The position numbers and the translations under genes are program-made. From contig CBDVCR010000071.1 in the NCBI GenBank assembly GCA_965372535.1, positions 1 to 15,652 of the forward strand: a stretch of 15,652 nt of DNA, given 5' to 3'. The notes below the pieces were generated by a model. The model was not told the origin of the DNA, made no database searches, and saw nothing but the letters and a program-made list of their open reading frames with translations. Positions 14,685 through 15,652 of this stretch are shown here, piece by piece; the stretch's first letter is position 1, and each line of letters opens with the position of its first letter. The stretch comes from an uncultured bacterium. GTDB taxonomy: Bacteria > Nitrospirota > Thermodesulfovibrionia > Thermodesulfovibrionales > JdFR-86.

Positions 14685-14874
14685 GGGGCTCGCCGCCCAG
14701 GAGGTCGATTTCCGCGACGCCGATTTCAAGGAGGGTTTCAGCGAGCTTTTCAAAATCCCCGATTTCGATATCCGCATGTGCCTCTACTCCCCGGGTAAAG
14801 CAGAAACCGCACGCCCGGTCGCAGCGCAGGGTGGGGTAGAGCTGGACGAAACGGGGCCTGCCGGGCGTTGTCAT
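14665..14874 (-). pseudogene. Radical SAM enzyme N-terminal stump (69 codons), truncated
   Basis: The ORF reads MTTPGRPRFVQLYPTLRCDRACGFCF...EIDLLGGEPL. It has the CxxxCxxC cluster motif and the GGEPL motif of radical SAM proteins, but stops 5 codons later, inside the 3' end of the convergent TPR gene. It is far too short for a TIM-barrel radical SAM domain, and there is no SD. Confidence 0.6.
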
Positions 14875-14899
14875 GTGTTATTATCGTGAAAGGCATCGC

Positions 14900-14935
14900 A
14901 AAAAGTAAAAGGGTTGCGGGAGCAACCCGCAACCC
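14900..14935 (-). terminator. Strong rho-independent terminator (minus strand), directly downstream of the tRNA-end fragment
   Basis: GGGTTGCGGG (14911-14920) and CCCGCAACCC (14926-14935) form a perfect 10-bp GC-rich stem with a 5-nt loop. On the minus strand the stem is followed by TTTTACTTTTT (14910..14900). Confidence 0.65.
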
Positions 14936-14947
14936 CTTGATATCTTA

Positions 14948-14969
14948 TGGTGGCGCTGAGCGGGCTCAA
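14948..14969 (-). other. tRNA 3'-end-like fragment (T-loop remnant + T-stem + acceptor strand + discriminator + CCA); putative island attachment-site remnant
   Basis: The minus strand reads TTGAGC-CCGCT-CAGCGCC-A-CCA, which parses as part of a T-loop, a 5-nt T-stem 3' strand, a 7-nt acceptor 3' strand, a discriminator and an encoded CCA. The expected 5' partner strands (AGCGG, GGCGCTG) are absent upstream, so it is not an intact tRNA. Confidence 0.45.
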
Positions 14970-15062
14970 GGAACTCTTGAACCACAAGACGCTGAATATG
15001 ACTCTCTGATATGCTTATCCGGCTCCGAGCCACAAGGTCAAGTGTGGGGGTGCTGAATTATG

Positions 15063-15068
15063 TATAAT
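15063..15068 (+). promoter_or_regulatory. TATAAT -10 box only 5 nt before the GIY-YIG ATG (possible leaderless transcript)
   Basis: The sequence is TGTATAATTTTACATG. The hexamer is perfect, no SD lies between it and the ATG at 15074, and no convincing -35 is present. Confidence 0.25.
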
Positions 15069-15073
15069 TTTAC

Positions 15074-15652
15074 ATGAAGGAAATTACTCTATATGGTCCA
15101 TATTCAATTGTAAGTTCTGATCATGACATACTTTCTGATTGCCCATACTCTCAAAAGGCGGGGATATATTTGTGGGCTGTGAAAATGTTTTCAAATTATT
15201 TCAGAGTAACATACATCGGAGAGACCGGTACTTCATTTTATAAAAGAACCAAAGAGCATGTAATTCAAACGTTGGGGGGTAATTATCAAATATGTGATCC
15301 CGATGCAATGCAAAGAGGTGAATCTATAGTTGTATGGAATGGTTTATGGAGAAAAGGTTATAGGGACAAGTTTCCTGAGTTTTTGAGAAGATATGAGGGT
15401 ATTGCTACAGTGATAAAAGGTGCTCTCAGTGTCCAAAATATCTTTGTAGCTCCTATGGATGTGGATTCAAGGACACGTAAGCGTATCGAAGGTGCTTTAG
15501 CCTTTGCTGTAAGAAATAATAAAGATGCATCGTCTTTGCTTCCCAAAGACATTCGATACTTCAAGAATAAAGAAGATGAGAGTCCAATCGCTATAAGCAT
15601 CGAAGCACAATCGAAAATTGAAGGGCTGCCAAGGCAAATAATATGTGTGTAA
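15074..15652 (+). CDS. GIY-YIG nuclease-superfamily-like protein in low-GC, probably foreign DNA
   Basis: 192-aa ORF ending with TAA at the window edge. AGIYLWAV...RVTYIGETGTSFYKRTKEH supplies the GIY ... YIG pair and the following conserved Arg. A later RIEGALAF could supply the catalytic Glu. GC in hand-counted lines is 32-43%, against 60-70% for the rest of the window. Confidence 0.55.
   Translation: MKEITLYGPYSIVSSDHDILSDCPYSQKAGIYLWAVKMFSNYFRVTYIGETGTSFYKRTKEHVIQTLGGNYQICDPDAMQRGESIVVWNGLWRKGYRDKFPEFLRRYEGIATVIKGALSVQNIFVAPMDVDSRTRKRIEGALAFAVRNNKDASSLLPKDIRYFKNKEDESPIAISIEAQSKIEGLPRQIICV

Noticed and set aside
14600-14700. Possible frameshifted continuation of the radical SAM gene (GGEPL then PELFYEALEFAV in another frame)
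   Set aside because: That frame is the codon-locked antisense of the TPR gene. Beyond about 10 residues it shows nothing radical-SAM-like (no TNG or SPASM motifs). The resemblance is coincidental.
14948-15035. Attempt to fold a complete minus-strand tRNA starting from the CCA end
   Set aside because: The T-stem 5' strand and acceptor 5' strand complements are missing and no anticodon arm could be built. Only the terminal ~22 nt are tRNA-like, so it is reported as a fragment rather than a tRNA.
1-15652. Search for CRISPR repeats, IS elements or terminal inverted repeats, integrase or transposase ORFs, and rRNA
   Set aside because: No periodic direct repeats, no transposase- or integrase-like ORFs, and no rRNA-like segments were seen on either strand. 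The only mobility signal is the tRNA-fragment and GC-shift boundary at the right end.

Overview
High-GC segment (about 60-70% GC by hand count of a few 60-nt lines) from an organism with a dissimilatory sulfite-reduction (Dsr) pathway. The last ~600 bp drops abruptly to about 32-43% GC. From left to right: (1) Minus strand carries dsrC, a DsrT-like (RsbRD_N) gene, dsrM and dsrK. dsrK is partial, runs off the left edge and is missing from the ORF track. (2) Minus strand carries an operon of M20 amidohydrolase, YbdK/GCS2 carboxylate-amine ligase and a leaderless-looking (cytoplasmic) gamma-glutamyltransferase. (3) Plus strand carries a rhodanese + ferritin-like gene that appears broken by a 1-nt frameshift near 7996. 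(4) A convergent minus-strand gene resembles the bacterial eRF1-like (baeRF) proteins and is preceded by a sigma54-type -24/-12 motif. (5) The main item is a five-gene, translationally coupled plus-strand operon at 9884-14684. It encodes a membrane-anchored FliF-like ring motif fused to FliG middle and C-terminal domains, MotA, MotB, a second MotB/OmpA paralogue that lacks the channel Asp, and a secreted TPR protein. No other flagellar gene lies in the window. (6) The right end holds a 69-aa radical-SAM gene stump that ends at the operon's stop codon. It is followed by a tRNA 3'-end fragment with its own terminator, the GC drop, and a GIY-YIG nuclease-like gene, which together read as a genomic-island boundary. 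I saw no CRISPR array, rRNA, intact tRNA, transposase or integrase. Many long ORFs in the track are antisense shadows typical of high-GC DNA. All homology calls come from by-eye motif recognition, not database searches.
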